Positions 1 to 9,483 of a stretch of DNA of 64,000 nucleotides are shown here, piece after piece. The position numbers and the translations under genes are program-made. Numbering within the stretch: the first letter of the stretch is position 1; every line of letters starts with the position of its first letter. Source of the stretch: an uncultured virus (IMG/VR IMGVR_UViG_3300044701_002172) (Duplodnaviria; Heunggongvirae; Uroviricota; Caudoviricetes); the IMG/VR virus record IMGVR_UViG_3300044701_002172, positions 1 through 64,000 of that record; one strand, 5' to 3'. The notes below the pieces were generated by a model. It searched no databases and had not been told where the DNA came from. It saw only the letters and a list, made by a program, of their open reading frames with translations.

Positions 1-571
1 TGTGTTCTGCCTGGAAAACAAGCATGTAGTTGAAAGTTCCCGAAATCCCAAGAGGCATTGCGTCACTGAAGGATCCTTGACCAAAGGGATAGACCAGGAA
101 CACTGCAGAAGCAGCAGCAACGGGTGCTGAGTAGGCAACACAAATCCAAGGACGCATGCCCAATCGGTAAGACAGTTCCCATTCACGACCCATGTAGGCA
201 TAGATACCAATCAGAAAGTGGAAGACGACCAGTTGAAATGGTCCACCATTATATAGCCATTCATCAAGTGAATTGGCTTCCCAGATAGGATAGAAGTGAA
301 GTCCGATAGCATTGGAACTAGGAACAACAGCACCAGAGATGATGTTGTTGCCATACATGAGTGAACCAGCAACTGGTTCACGGATACCGTCGATGTCAAC
401 GGGGGGAGCAGCGATAAAAGCAACGATGAAACAAATAGTAGCGGCGAGAAGGGTAGGGATCATCAGGGTTCCAAACCAACCTACGTAGAGGCGGTTATCG
501 GTAGATGTTACCCACTCACAGAATTGTTCCCAAGTATTGCTTTGTCGCTGTTGGGCGATAGTAGCAGTCAT
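1..571 (-). CDS. psbA: Photosystem II D1 protein (5' part, runs off window)
   Basis: Manual translation from ATG at 571: [39 protein letters not shown]...[14 protein letters not shown]...[16 protein letters not shown]; not in ORF track. Confidence 0.99.
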   Translation of the reverse strand, partial: MTATIAQQRQSNTWEQFCEWVTSTDNRLYVGWFGTLMIPTLLAATICFIVAFIAAPPVDIDGIREPVAGSLMYGNNIISGAVVPSSNAIGLHFYPIWEANSLDEWLYNGGPFQLVVFHFLIGIYAYMGREWELSYRLGMRPWICVAYSAPVAAASAVFLVYPFGQGSFSDAMPLGISGTFNYMLVFQAEH

Positions 572-633
572 AATTTTATTAGTCCGTAAGGTTTGTGAAA
601 GTATGTGAAGAAATGTTTCCATTCCTTAACACT

Positions 634-667
634 TATTTATAATACAACCTTTTATTTAGGATGTCAA
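634..667 (-). promoter_or_regulatory. psbA sigma70-type promoter overlapping a T4 late promoter
   Basis: TTGACA(667-662)-17 nt-TATTAT(644-639); TATAAATA at 641-634. Confidence 0.8.
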
Positions 668-782
668 TAGGTGTTAGTACCTACTTATGTCATGAGGTGC
701 TAACATTAAAATCCTTTATGGGTCGAGTCTTCACAGGCATAAATAACTTTAAGAATAAATATGCCCTTCTGTAGTTAGTGTA

Positions 783-3700
783 ATGGCAAATCGCTTTCCT
801 TTAATTGTAAACCCAGATACAAAAAAAATCGAAGAATTAGCTTCGGGTGATAATATTGATTTAACAAGCAATAGTATATACGCTGGGGGTAGTATTGGAA
901 CGTTTGGGCAATACTTAAAGTCAACTGGCACTGGATTGGTATGGGATACTCCAGGAGATGTATTTTTATCTGCTTCTCAGACACTGATAAACAAAACATT
1001 TGCTAATGCTGTCATTTCTGGATTGAATAATAACATTTATGATATTCCAAATTCTTCTTTAGTAAATTCTTCCATTACACTTAACGGTCAAGAAGTAGAA
1101 TTAGGTGGTTCATTTACATTTCCAATTGACACTAACACAACTTACAGCATTTCATTAACTGATGGCGCTGATGCCACCAGAAAAATTTTAAGATTAACTG
1201 GAACTAATCCATCTTCTACAGATGATATTACATTTAAAGCAGGGCAAAATGTAACCATTTCAAGAACTAACGACGAAATTACTTTCAATAGTTCATACGT
1301 AGATACTATTACTAGAGTACAAGGTGAAGCGGGAGGCACACCTGTTTCTGGTGATGTAGTTATTGTTGGTACTGGGTCAACTGATGTATCACAAGCTGGA
1401 CAAACAATTACAATCAATTCGTTTTACATCGATACAATTACAAGATTAAAAGGAGAAGCAGCAGGAACATTTAGAAGTGGTGACGTTACTATACTTCAAG
1501 GTGGAGCAACTACAGTTACACAGGCTGATAATAATATCACAATTTCTTCTCAAGATACTATCACCAGATTAAAAGGTGGTGCTGGTGGTGTATTCCTTTT
1601 TGGTGATATTACTTTTACTGGATCTAACGCCACTAGTGTTACCCAAACAGGAGATGTAATTACAATCGATTCTACCAATACTGTTACCAGAGTATCAGGT
1701 GGGTTGTCTGGTACTCCAGTAACTGGAGATGTTAGAATTTTAACGGGTGGAGCTTCTAGCGTTACTCAATCTGGAAACGACGTTACTATTTCTTCTGTAG
1801 ATACTATTACTAGATTAAGAGGTGGTACAGGAGAACAGCTTGCTTCTGGTGACTTTACAATCATCGGAGCTGGTGCCGCTGCTGTAACTCAATCTGGCAA
1901 TACGATTACTGTTACTGGAACAGATACAAATACAGTTACTAGAGTACAAGGATCTCCTGCTAATGGAGGCAATTTACTTTCAGGTGACATCACAATTACT
2001 GGTGCTGGAGCCGCTACCGTATCACAATCTGGTTCAACAATCACAGTAACAGCAACTGATACAGACACAACATATTCTGCTGGCATTGGATTAGCATTAA
2101 ACGGCACTATTTTTAGTTTAAAGAACCAAGATTCATTAACTAATAATAGATTAGTAAAATGGAATGCTTCTAATGGTCAATTAGTTAACTCCAACATTGC
2201 CGACGATGGTTCTACAGTAACTATTACTGGAAACCTAAACGTTGCTGGTACTACAACTACTGTTAACACGGCAACTCTTGTTGTTAATGATGCCGAAATT
2301 GAATTAAGAACAGGAGCTAACATAACTCCTTCCAATGGCGGCATTCAAATCAACAGAACTACAGATGGTACTGGAGCAGTAACAGCATATCAATCACTTC
2401 AATGGTTTGAATCTGGTGGATTCTGGAGATCATTTAACGGTACAGTATCAAACAGATTTGTAACCGAAAACGAAACTCAAACCTTAACTAACAAAACTTT
2501 AACTTCACCAATTCTAACTTCACCTCAGTTAGGTATTGCCACTGTAACTACCATCAATAAAGTTTCAGTTACTCAACCAGCAACAGGTGCTACGTTAACA
2601 ATCAACGAAGGCAAAGCATTAACTGTAAGCAATAGTGTATCATTCTCTGGCACAGATAACTCCACAGTAAACTTTGGTGGTGGTGGTTCTGTTGCCTACG
2701 TATCAAACAAATTAAGTTTATTTGCTGCCACAACTTCAGATGAATTTAGAGGTGTTATTTCTGATGAAACTGGAACTGGTAGACTTGTATTTGCTACCAG
2801 TCCAGAATTTGTCACCTCTATAACAACAGCAAGCACTACATTTAGCGTATTTAATACTAACGTTTCAGCAATTAATGCTTTTGGTTCTGCTACTTCTATC
2901 ACAATCGGTGCTACAAGTGGCGAAACAACAATTAGAAATAGCTTAACAGTCAATGGTAATATTACATTAGGAAATGATATTGCTGACACAGCAACCATCA
3001 ATGCTACAACCACATTTAACAACGAAGATGTAACAGTTCGTGGTATTCGTGTTGGTAGAGGTGCTTCTGGTGTTGATACAAACACTGCTTTTGGTAAAGA
3101 AGCACTAAGACTTGTTGTTGGTATTGGAGCAGGTAATCAAAACACTGCTCTTGGTTACGAAACTCTATTCTCAAACAACACTGGTAGCAGAAACGTTGTT
3201 GTTGGATTTAGAGCAGGTAGAACAATTACCAATGGTGCCGATAACGTGGCAATGGGTAATGATGCCCTTTACACAACTACAGTTGGTACTAAAAATATTG
3301 CTATTGGTACAGAAACTTTATTCAGTAACGTAGCAGGCGAGCATAACGTTGTTATTGGTTATAAAGCGGGATGGGGCATTAGTGGTAGCGGTAACGTTGT
3401 CATTGGTCCTGCTCAAAATGGTAACACAAGCGATGTCACATATCAACTACCTAACCCAACAGGAAGCAATCAATTAGTTATTGGTTCTGGTGCTGGTGCT
3501 TGGATTAGAGGAGATAATAATTTTGATATTACAGTTCCAAATAACTTAGGTGTCTCTGGAAATCTTACCATTGCTGGTTCTACAACTAATTTAAACAGCA
3601 GAATTCTAACAGTAAGAGCATCTAATGTAACCTTTGTTGATAAAGAATTAACTCTTGGTAATGTAACTACAACTACATTCAGTGCTATCGTTCAGCAAGG

Positions 3701-5411
3701 GCAAACATCAATTACTTTAACTTCATTTGGTACTGGTATTATTCCAGGAATGATTGTTGTATCTCAGACTGATGGTATCACAGTTCCTGCCAACACAACT
3801 ATTGTTTCGATTGATGAAGTTAATTCCCTTGCTGTTCTTTCGGCAGCACCAAACCTTGGAACTGGTAGTGTAACATTCCAGGCAACAGGTCCATCAAATA
3901 CTTCTGCTGACGGTGGTGGTATCCGTGTTAAAGGAACCACAGATAAGACTTTCGTTTGGGATAACACAAACACTTCATGGACAAGCAACCAAAACCTAAA
4001 CCTTGTTGCTGGTCTAAGTTATAGAATTAATGGTACTTCAGTTCTAAACGCTACCACACTAGGAGCAAACGTAGTTAATTCTTCGCTGACTTCAGTTGGA
4101 ACTTTAAATGCTCTCTCCATTGCTAATAGTGGCACTGCTGTTGGATTAACAATTACCAACACTGGTACTGGAGATTGCTTAGTTGTTAACGATGAAGCAA
4201 GTGATACCACACCCTTTAAGATTGGTAATGACGGCACAGTTTATATCACTGGAAACATTTCTGATTTCACTGCTAGCACTGGAACAACTAACCAAGTTCT
4301 TGCTAGAAAAGCAGGTGGTGGTATTGAATGGAAAGGTCTCAATACACTTGCCGATCCTAACACAGTAACCAACGCTGGCACTTCTACCGATAATGCTATT
4401 GCTAGATTTGATTTAGCAACTGGTAAAATTGTTCAAAACTCTGGTGTTACTATTGATGATAATGGTGTTGTTGATATTGGAACTGCTGGCAATCTTACAG
4501 GAAATGGATCTCCAGCAAAACTTAAAATCAATTCTTCTGCTCAATACGATGGTATTGCTTTAGGAAACGGTGCTTCTTATAGCACAATATCCCGTGGAGC
4601 AACAAATCCTGGTCTAGTGTTTACGGCCAACGCTGCTCCAGCAAACTTAGGGGGATCAGAAACTACTGTATTTGAATGGCATTCTGGCAGTGCTGGTGGA
4701 GGAGGACCAAGTAGATTAGCAGATCTTTCTACATCACAGAATTTTAGATTAGGAAATGTTGATTCAAATCCAAATATAATTTTACATTCAGTAAATAATG
4801 GAACGGCAAGAATTAGATTTAGAGAAGGTGGATCACTAACTACTGGATTTAATGAATACTCTTTAGGAATGGCGGGTAATGCCAATAGAATGACATTTGA
4901 AATGCAGGGTCAGGGTGAAGTAGCTTATGTAACTGAAACTGGTATTGCCTTCCCATCTGGCAAAGGTATTGACTTCTCTGCTGCTGACAACGCCGCTGGA
5001 ATGACTAGTGAGTTATTGAATGATTATGAAGAGGGAACATGGACACCAGCAGTAGCAGGAAGCACTTTAGCGGGAACAGCATCATACGTAGTACAACAAG
5101 GAAGATACACAAAAGTAGGAAGACAAGTGTTTGTGGAAATGTATATAAGCTGGTCATCTGGAACTGGAACAGGAAATCTATTAGTTAGTGGATTGCCATT
5201 TACATCAGCAAATGTAGCAATATATCCTTCTCTAGCGATTGGTTTTGTAAATGAAGTGTCAATGGGTTCAAATGCTTATCTGACAGCATATGTAGGTATT
5301 AATTCCACAACTATAAATATTGATTCTGCTCAAGTTGGTGGTACAACAAGAGCTGCTACGGCATATAGTGCTAGTGGGGGAATACAAATTTCTGGTTGCT
5401 ACACCGTTTGA
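783..5411 (+). CDS. Large tail fibre / virion structural protein (1542 aa)
   Basis: T/G/S/N-rich; six ~42-aa repeats; YadA-head-like N(T/V)AxG repeats; TLTNKTLTSP motif; C-terminal LNDYEEGTWTP domain; ATAAATA upstream (~739-745). Confidence 0.8.
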   Translation: MANRFPLIVNPDTKKIEELASGDNIDLTSNSIYAGGSIGTFGQYLKSTGTGLVWDTPGDVFLSASQTLINKTFANAVISGLNNNIYDIPNSSLVNSSITLNGQEVELGGSFTFPIDTNTTYSISLTDGADATRKILRLTGTNPSSTDDITFKAGQNVTISRTNDEITFNSSYVDTITRVQGEAGGTPVSGDVVIVGTGSTDVSQAGQTITINSFYIDTITRLKGEAAGTFRSGDVTILQGGATTVTQADNNITISSQDTITRLKGGAGGVFLFGDITFTGSNATSVTQTGDVITIDSTNTVTRVSGGLSGTPVTGDVRILTGGASSVTQSGNDVTISSVDTITRLRGGTGEQLASGDFTIIGAGAAAVTQSGNTITVTGTDTNTVTRVQGSPANGGNLLSGDITITGAGAATVSQSGSTITVTATDTDTTYSAGIGLALNGTIFSLKNQDSLTNNRLVKWNASNGQLVNSNIADDGSTVTITGNLNVAGTTTTVNTATLVVNDAEIELRTGANITPSNGGIQINRTTDGTGAVTAYQSLQWFESGGFWRSFNGTVSNRFVTENETQTLTNKTLTSPILTSPQLGIATVTTINKVSVTQPATGATLTINEGKALTVSNSVSFSGTDNSTVNFGGGGSVAYVSNKLSLFAATTSDEFRGVISDETGTGRLVFATSPEFVTSITTASTTFSVFNTNVSAINAFGSATSITIGATSGETTIRNSLTVNGNITLGNDIADTATINATTTFNNEDVTVRGIRVGRGASGVDTNTAFGKEALRLVVGIGAGNQNTALGYETLFSNNTGSRNVVVGFRAGRTITNGADNVAMGNDALYTTTVGTKNIAIGTETLFSNVAGEHNVVIGYKAGWGISGSGNVVIGPAQNGNTSDVTYQLPNPTGSNQLVIGSGAGAWIRGDNNFDITVPNNLGVSGNLTIAGSTTNLNSRILTVRASNVTFVDKELTLGNVTTTTFSAIVQQGQTSITLTSFGTGIIPGMIVVSQTDGITVPANTTIVSIDEVNSLAVLSAAPNLGTGSVTFQATGPSNTSADGGGIRVKGTTDKTFVWDNTNTSWTSNQNLNLVAGLSYRINGTSVLNATTLGANVVNSSLTSVGTLNALSIANSGTAVGLTITNTGTGDCLVVNDEASDTTPFKIGNDGTVYITGNISDFTASTGTTNQVLARKAGGGIEWKGLNTLADPNTVTNAGTSTDNAIARFDLATGKIVQNSGVTIDDNGVVDIGTAGNLTGNGSPAKLKINSSAQYDGIALGNGASYSTISRGATNPGLVFTANAAPANLGGSETTVFEWHSGSAGGGGPSRLADLSTSQNFRLGNVDSNPNIILHSVNNGTARIRFREGGSLTTGFNEYSLGMAGNANRMTFEMQGQGEVAYVTETGIAFPSGKGIDFSAADNAAGMTSELLNDYEEGTWTPAVAGSTLAGTASYVVQQGRYTKVGRQVFVEMYISWSSGTGTGNLLVSGLPFTSANVAIYPSLAIGFVNEVSMGSNAYLTAYVGINSTTINIDSAQVGGTTRAATAYSASGGIQISGCYTV

Positions 5412-5455
5412 TAAATAACTCTGCCTAACCCTGTTTTATTCGGAGAATAACCCTA

Positions 5456-5710
5456 ATGGCATTAGAAGAAGTATCAGTAGTAGATAAGATTGAAGTTCTA
5501 CTCAACGGATCTATTCAAGTAAGAAGAAGAGATCAAATCCTCAAAGATGGTGTAGAAGTTGCTGCTACCTATCATCGTCACGTTATCAATCCTGGTGACG
5601 ACCCAGCAAACGAAGATCCTAGAGTTGCTGCTATCGCTGCTGCTACGTGGACTGAAGAAGTAATTGCTGCTTACCAAGCATCTCTACCACAACCAGAAGT
5701 AACTGAATAA
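5456..5710 (+). CDS. Small fibre-associated hypothetical protein
   Basis: GGAG RBS; ATAAATA just after the fibre stop; follows the fibre gene. Confidence 0.7.
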   Translation: MALEEVSVVDKIEVLLNGSIQVRRRDQILKDGVEVAATYHRHVINPGDDPANEDPRVAAIAAATWTEEVIAAYQASLPQPEVTE

Positions 5711-5711
5711 T

Positions 5712-5740
5712 AAAAAAAGGGGGTCGAAAGACCCCCTTTA
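5712..5740. terminator. Bidirectional intrinsic terminator
   Basis: AAAAAAAGGGGGTC-GAAA-GACCCCCTTT between convergent genes. Confidence 0.85.
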
Positions 5741-5743
5741 ATT

Positions 5744-6034
5744 TTATTCGTTTGCTTTTATAATTTCATTAAGATTAATTTCTTCACATGTTAAATGCTC
5801 AGCAAATCCAGGCATATTATTGTATTTGGGATTGCCATGAGAAGTGAAAACATCTCGTTCGACGTAATTGTTTGTTAAAGGATCTTTATCAAACATTTCA
5901 ATCTGAATGACATTTGTTCCTCCCATTCTATAAACAATAATTTTCATATCTGTGTCATCTATTTCACAGATATTACACCATCCACCACTGTTTCTATATT
6001 TAATTTTACAAAAAAGATTTTGAAAAAATTTCAT
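5744..6034 (-). CDS. Hypothetical protein
   Basis: 96-aa ORF, AAAGGA RBS, directly downstream of hli. Confidence 0.6.
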   Translation of the reverse strand: MKFFQNLFCKIKYRNSGGWCNICEIDDTDMKIIVYRMGGTNVIQIEMFDKDPLTNNYVERDVFTSHGNPKYNNMPGFAEHLTCEEINLNEIIKANE

Positions 6035-6043
6035 AATCCTTTA

Positions 6044-6163
6044 TCACCACACGCCAGGGATGATCTGCCCAGTGGTCATATAAGTGCCAACAGCAATGAC
6101 GAAACCGAGCATAGCTAGACGAGCGTTGAGGATCTCTGCCTCAGGTGTAAATCCGAATTTCAT
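6044..6163 (-). CDS. hli: High-light inducible protein (39 aa)
   Basis: [39 protein letters not shown]; AExxNxRxAMxG chlorophyll-binding motif; below ORF-track cutoff. Confidence 0.95.
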   Translation of the reverse strand: MKFGFTPEAEILNARLAMLGFVIAVGTYMTTGQIIPGVW

Positions 6164-6357
6164 TTTGTTTCTCCTTTATAAATGTGTTGTTGTTTGAGAT
6201 CAGGGTTTGGTTCAGAACAAACCACTTGTTTGACAGGTTTAATAACAATAAATTTGTCATTTTTTAGAGTGCCTGCCACTTTCACTTCAAGTTCTAGATT
6301 ATTCCAATCTAGACTTTGGAGAGCAACTCCAAGTTGCCCAAGCATTCCAGCACTCAC
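6160..6357 (-). CDS. Hypothetical protein
   Basis: 65-aa ORF with 4-nt overlaps to petF and hli. Confidence 0.65.
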   Translation of the reverse strand: MSAGMLGQLGVALQSLDWNNLELEVKVAGTLKNDKFIVIKPVKQVVCSEPNPDLKQQHIYKGETK

Positions 6358-6647
6358 AGGTTCTCTTCCTGCTCAGTGAGAATCACACAATCGCTGGTAG
6401 GGTATGCTACACAAGTCAACACCCAACCATCTTCAAGTTGATCATCATCAAGGAATGATTGCTCTTCATTATCTACGGTGCCGCTAATCAGTTTGCCAGC
6501 ACAAGCAGAACAAGCACCAGCACGGCAAGAGGAAGGAAGATCTACGCCTGCCTCTTCAGCAGCTTCAAGAATGTATTGATCATCAGGACACTGAATAGTT
6601 TGCTCGGTTCCATCAGGGGATTGGAGAGTAACAGAATAGGTAGCCAT
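6354..6647 (-). CDS. petF: Plant-type [2Fe-2S] ferredoxin
   Basis: [16 protein letters not shown]...[11 protein letters not shown]. Confidence 0.97.
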   Translation of the reverse strand: MATYSVTLQSPDGTEQTIQCPDDQYILEAAEEAGVDLPSSCRAGACSACAGKLISGTVDNEEQSFLDDDQLEDGWVLTCVAYPTSDCVILTEQEENL

Positions 6648-6733
6648 TAGTAAGTTTCAGATAGTTGATTAATGGAATGTGCCAACAAAACGAGGAAGGC
6701 AACTGAGGTCATTGTAAACAAAAGTTCAGTCAT
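6647..6733 (-). CDS. 28-aa single-TM peptide
   Basis: [28 protein letters not shown]; fills the gap between hli and petF with TAATG coupling. Confidence 0.65.
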   Translation of the reverse strand: MTELLFTMTSVAFLVLLAHSINQLSETY

Positions 6734-6746
6734 TGTCAATCAATTG

Positions 6747-6956
6747 TCAGAGAATGCCAAAAAAGAGTTTGCCAGTGGCAACGTAAGACACGATGCCTGC
6801 TACGAATCCTAGCATAGCCCAACGTCCGTTGGCAAGCTCAGCACGTTCGTTATGGGTCATCATGCCATACTTAATGGCATCCTCATCCGAGATATACATC
6901 ACGGGTTCTTTGGCAAACATGTTTTGCTGCCCACGGTCATTAGTCGTTACGGTCAT
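6747..6956 (-). CDS. hli: High-light inducible protein
   Basis: NMFAKEP N-terminus; AELANGRWAMLGFVAG motif. Confidence 0.95.
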   Translation of the reverse strand: MTVTTNDRGQQNMFAKEPVMYISDEDAIKYGMMTHNERAELANGRWAMLGFVAGIVSYVATGKLFFGIL

Positions 6957-6964
6957 TTCAATTT

Positions 6965-7018
6965 GTTACGATTTGTTACGATATTATATAGGAAAAAAGG
7001 AGGGGTGTCAACCCCTCC
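6965..7018 (-). promoter_or_regulatory. Porin terminator fused with a consensus sigma70 promoter and an HLR1-like repeat
   Basis: GGAGGGG-TTGACA-CCCCTCC-TTTTTT; TTGACA(7011-7006)-17-TATAAT(6988-6983); GTTACGAT-TT-GTTACGAT on + at 6965-6982. Confidence 0.8.
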
Positions 7019-7028
7019 TGTCAGAAAA

Positions 7029-8510
7029 TCAGAACGTAAACTTGGTTTGGATTACGCCACCCCAGTTAGAGGAAGCACCTTGGAATGCTTGATTGTTAGC
7101 AACATAGATTACAGCAGGAGTAATGCTGATGTTGTCACTCACACGATACTTGTAGAAGATCTCAAGCAAACCAGCCTTATCACTAAGACCAGAAGCATTG
7201 CCAGGTTGTCCATAAGCAATACCAGCACCATTGCCCCTACCAAATACATCGCTCCACTGAAGACCAGCAAACCATGTAGAAGTGTTGGTAGCACCGTTAG
7301 GAGTAGAAGGACCACTTACAGTGTTCCAACCATAACCACCACTCACAGAAGGAACGATACCAGAAGTCTTGGGTTGCCAGTAAGCGTTGATGGCATAACC
7401 ATTAGATGCTTGATTGGCAGCAAGAGCACCAGAAGCACCCAGAACACCGTTGTAAGTACGAACACGAGTGCCTTGAGTACCATAACGATAACCAAAGGCA
7501 GCACCCCACTGAGGAGCACGATAACCGATCTGAGCAAGAGTGTTCAGAGCACCTGCTGAGTTGAATACGCCAGTATCACTATTGTCACCTTGTTGAGCAA
7601 CATAGTTCAGACCAGCAACAAATCCACCTTTCTTGCCAGGTTGAACATACTGAACACCAAAACCAGAACCAGTTGCCTTGTTATATACACCAGGAACGCC
7701 AGCAGTGGTAAAGAAGTCAAGGATTTCAGAACGATATGCCGTAGGAACCCATGCCATCTCAGTGTTACGAACCAGAGCACCAGCGGTAAGAGTCATACCT
7801 TTGGTGAGAGCAGGGAAACTATAATAGAGACGATCAATCTGAACCGAGTTCTCATAAGTTTCCGCTTTATCCAGCTTCAGAACAGACGAGGAAGAACCAA
7901 AAGGTTGTGCTGAGAAGTTGCCCGAACGAAGACGGGTACGAAGCAGATCCTTACCAGTGAACGATGTATCAAAGTTCAGACGAAGATCGTAGTTGAAAGT
8001 AGTGTTTCCAACATTAGCACCAGCAGTAGTTTTGGCACCAGGAACACCACCAAGAATGAAGTTTACTTCACCCTTCAGTTTGGTTGTGGTTGAGAACTGA
8101 GTTGCTTCAAGTTCACCAACCTTTGCTTCAAGACCATCTACACGACCACGAAGAACAGCAAGTTCCTGAGCAAATTCTGCTTGGAGTTTACGAAGTTCAT
8201 CGGTAACTTCAGTTACACGATCCAGGCAAGCATTCAACAATGCTGCTGCTTCATAACGGGTCATTGCCTTGCCGCCACCATAGGTGCCGTTAGGATAACC
8301 AGCAACACAACCATAACGCTCAACTAGATTGTTGAGTGCCTGATATGCCCAGTCAGTAGGTTGAACATCAGAAAATTGAGTGATAGAAGTGACCTGTTCT
8401 GCCGAAGCATACTTATTAACCTCACTCATATTTACTTCAAAAGCTGATACAGGAGAAACCACCGAAGTAGTAACTACAGCACCAGCAGCAATAAATGAAC
8501 GAATCATCAT
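7029..8510 (-). CDS. Cyanobacterial outer-membrane porin (Som/OprB family, SLH domain)
   Basis: Signal peptide; FSDVQPTDWAYQAL..LVERYGCVAGYPNG SLH; coiled coil; QFSTTTKL.G; C-terminal Phe. Confidence 0.95.
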   Translation of the reverse strand: MMIRSFIAAGAVVTTSVVSPVSAFEVNMSEVNKYASAEQVTSITQFSDVQPTDWAYQALNNLVERYGCVAGYPNGTYGGGKAMTRYEAAALLNACLDRVTEVTDELRKLQAEFAQELAVLRGRVDGLEAKVGELEATQFSTTTKLKGEVNFILGGVPGAKTTAGANVGNTTFNYDLRLNFDTSFTGKDLLRTRLRSGNFSAQPFGSSSSVLKLDKAETYENSVQIDRLYYSFPALTKGMTLTAGALVRNTEMAWVPTAYRSEILDFFTTAGVPGVYNKATGSGFGVQYVQPGKKGGFVAGLNYVAQQGDNSDTGVFNSAGALNTLAQIGYRAPQWGAAFGYRYGTQGTRVRTYNGVLGASGALAANQASNGYAINAYWQPKTSGIVPSVSGGYGWNTVSGPSTPNGATNTSTWFAGLQWSDVFGRGNGAGIAYGQPGNASGLSDKAGLLEIFYKYRVSDNISITPAVIYVANNQAFQGASSNWGGVIQTKFTF

Positions 8511-8579
8511 AGTATTATTTAAATTAACTACAAGGTTTATTTATTCCCTATTTGTAAAGTTTTACAACTTTAAAGGGAA

Positions 8580-8651
8580 AGCGGGGTATCGGAATCGAAC
8601 CGACGACATCTAACTTGGAAGGATAGCGTTCTACCGCTGAACTAACCCCGC
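8580..8651 (-). tRNA. tRNA-Gly(TCC)
   Basis: GCGGGGT acceptor stem; CT-TCC-AA anticodon loop; GTTCGATTC T-loop. Confidence 0.95.
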
Positions 8652-8665
8652 AAAAAAGTGGGTAA

Positions 8666-9109
8666 TTAAATTACCCGATCAAATTCAAATAATCCAGAAT
8701 CTTTTCCCCAAACAAGTTTGCCACTTTCATCATAGCCAGCGTCTCTAGAAAAACATTTTTCTCGGTTGAATTTAAATTCACTTTCGATTCTAATATCTTT
8801 TACGATACACTCACCACAGGTTTTAGCAACCCAGAAAGCACCATTCCAATAAATGTTATGGTCACAAGTTGGGTTCCAGTCCATATCGAAACTCCGAAGA
8901 AGAACTTCTTCATCTGTAATCATTTCATAAGTATGATATGATTGTCGATATGGATCTGTTTTAGGATAATCGTATTCATAAAAGCTTTGAGATTGTAATT
9001 TGTTTTCACCCAAATCTTTCCAAACTAAACGTATCATAGCATAATTGCATGGATACATAAAAGCTTGGTTTTTATTAGAATACTCGCCTACAATTTCTTT
9101 AAACTCCAT
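8666..9109 (-). CDS. cpeT: CpeT/CpcT-type phycobiliprotein lyase
   Basis: GEYSNKNQAF, PYRQ, SRDAGYD..GKLVWG...FEFDR motifs; likely start MEFKE at 9109. Confidence 0.85.
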   Translation of the reverse strand: MEFKEIVGEYSNKNQAFMYPCNYAMIRLVWKDLGENKLQSQSFYEYDYPKTDPYRQSYHTYEMITDEEVLLRSFDMDWNPTCDHNIYWNGAFWVAKTCGECIVKDIRIESEFKFNREKCFSRDAGYDESGKLVWGKDSGLFEFDRVI

Positions 9110-9114
9110 AAACA

Positions 9115-9262
9115 CATTACCTCCAGGCTCGCCACCTGCCCTTTGACCAGAGGCAGGAAACTGGGCGGGAGAGAGTCCCATCCGCACCACCAATTTTTTA
9201 GAGAAATTGGAAACTCATCGAGGGGGTTCCCGACCAGTGCTGTTATAGTCCATCCGTGACTG
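9115..9262 (-). ncRNA. Structured RNA with two tandem pseudoknots (manA-like motif)
   Basis: GC-rich intergenic segment; two homologous units with compensatory stems; manA assignment is from memory only. Confidence 0.7.
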
Positions 9263-9467
9263 TTTGAAGAATTAGATCTTCATACGCTGCTTCCACAGCA
9301 TCGTCAAAGTCCTCGTAAGGACCGTGATTGACATCATTATACACGTAGTAGAATTTTTTGTCAATCATTTTTACGCTGTAATACGTGATCACTTTGTCAT
9401 CATTGTCGAGTTCTTCGACAAATCTCATGTTAGTTTCAAGCATAGCATTTAGGGTAATTGGCTCCAC
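9243..9467 (-). CDS. Hypothetical protein
   Basis: 74-aa acidic ORF in the gene array. Confidence 0.6.
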   Translation of the reverse strand: MEPITLNAMLETNMRFVEELDNDDKVITYYSVKMIDKKFYYVYNDVNHGPYEDFDDAVEAAYEDLILQTVTDGL

Positions 9468-9483
9468 CAGAGTAAGTTAAGGT

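Noticed and set aside
6852..7559. 235-aa + strand ORF
   Set aside because: Antisense to the porin and hli genes and runs through a terminator/promoter
8551..8567. TGTA-N6-TACA palindrome upstream of the porin as an NtcA box
   Set aside because: Spacer is 6 nt, not 8
9110..9193. N-terminal extension of cpeT in the ORF track
   Set aside because: Overlaps the structured RNA; the ATG at 9109 with GGAGG upstream is more plausible
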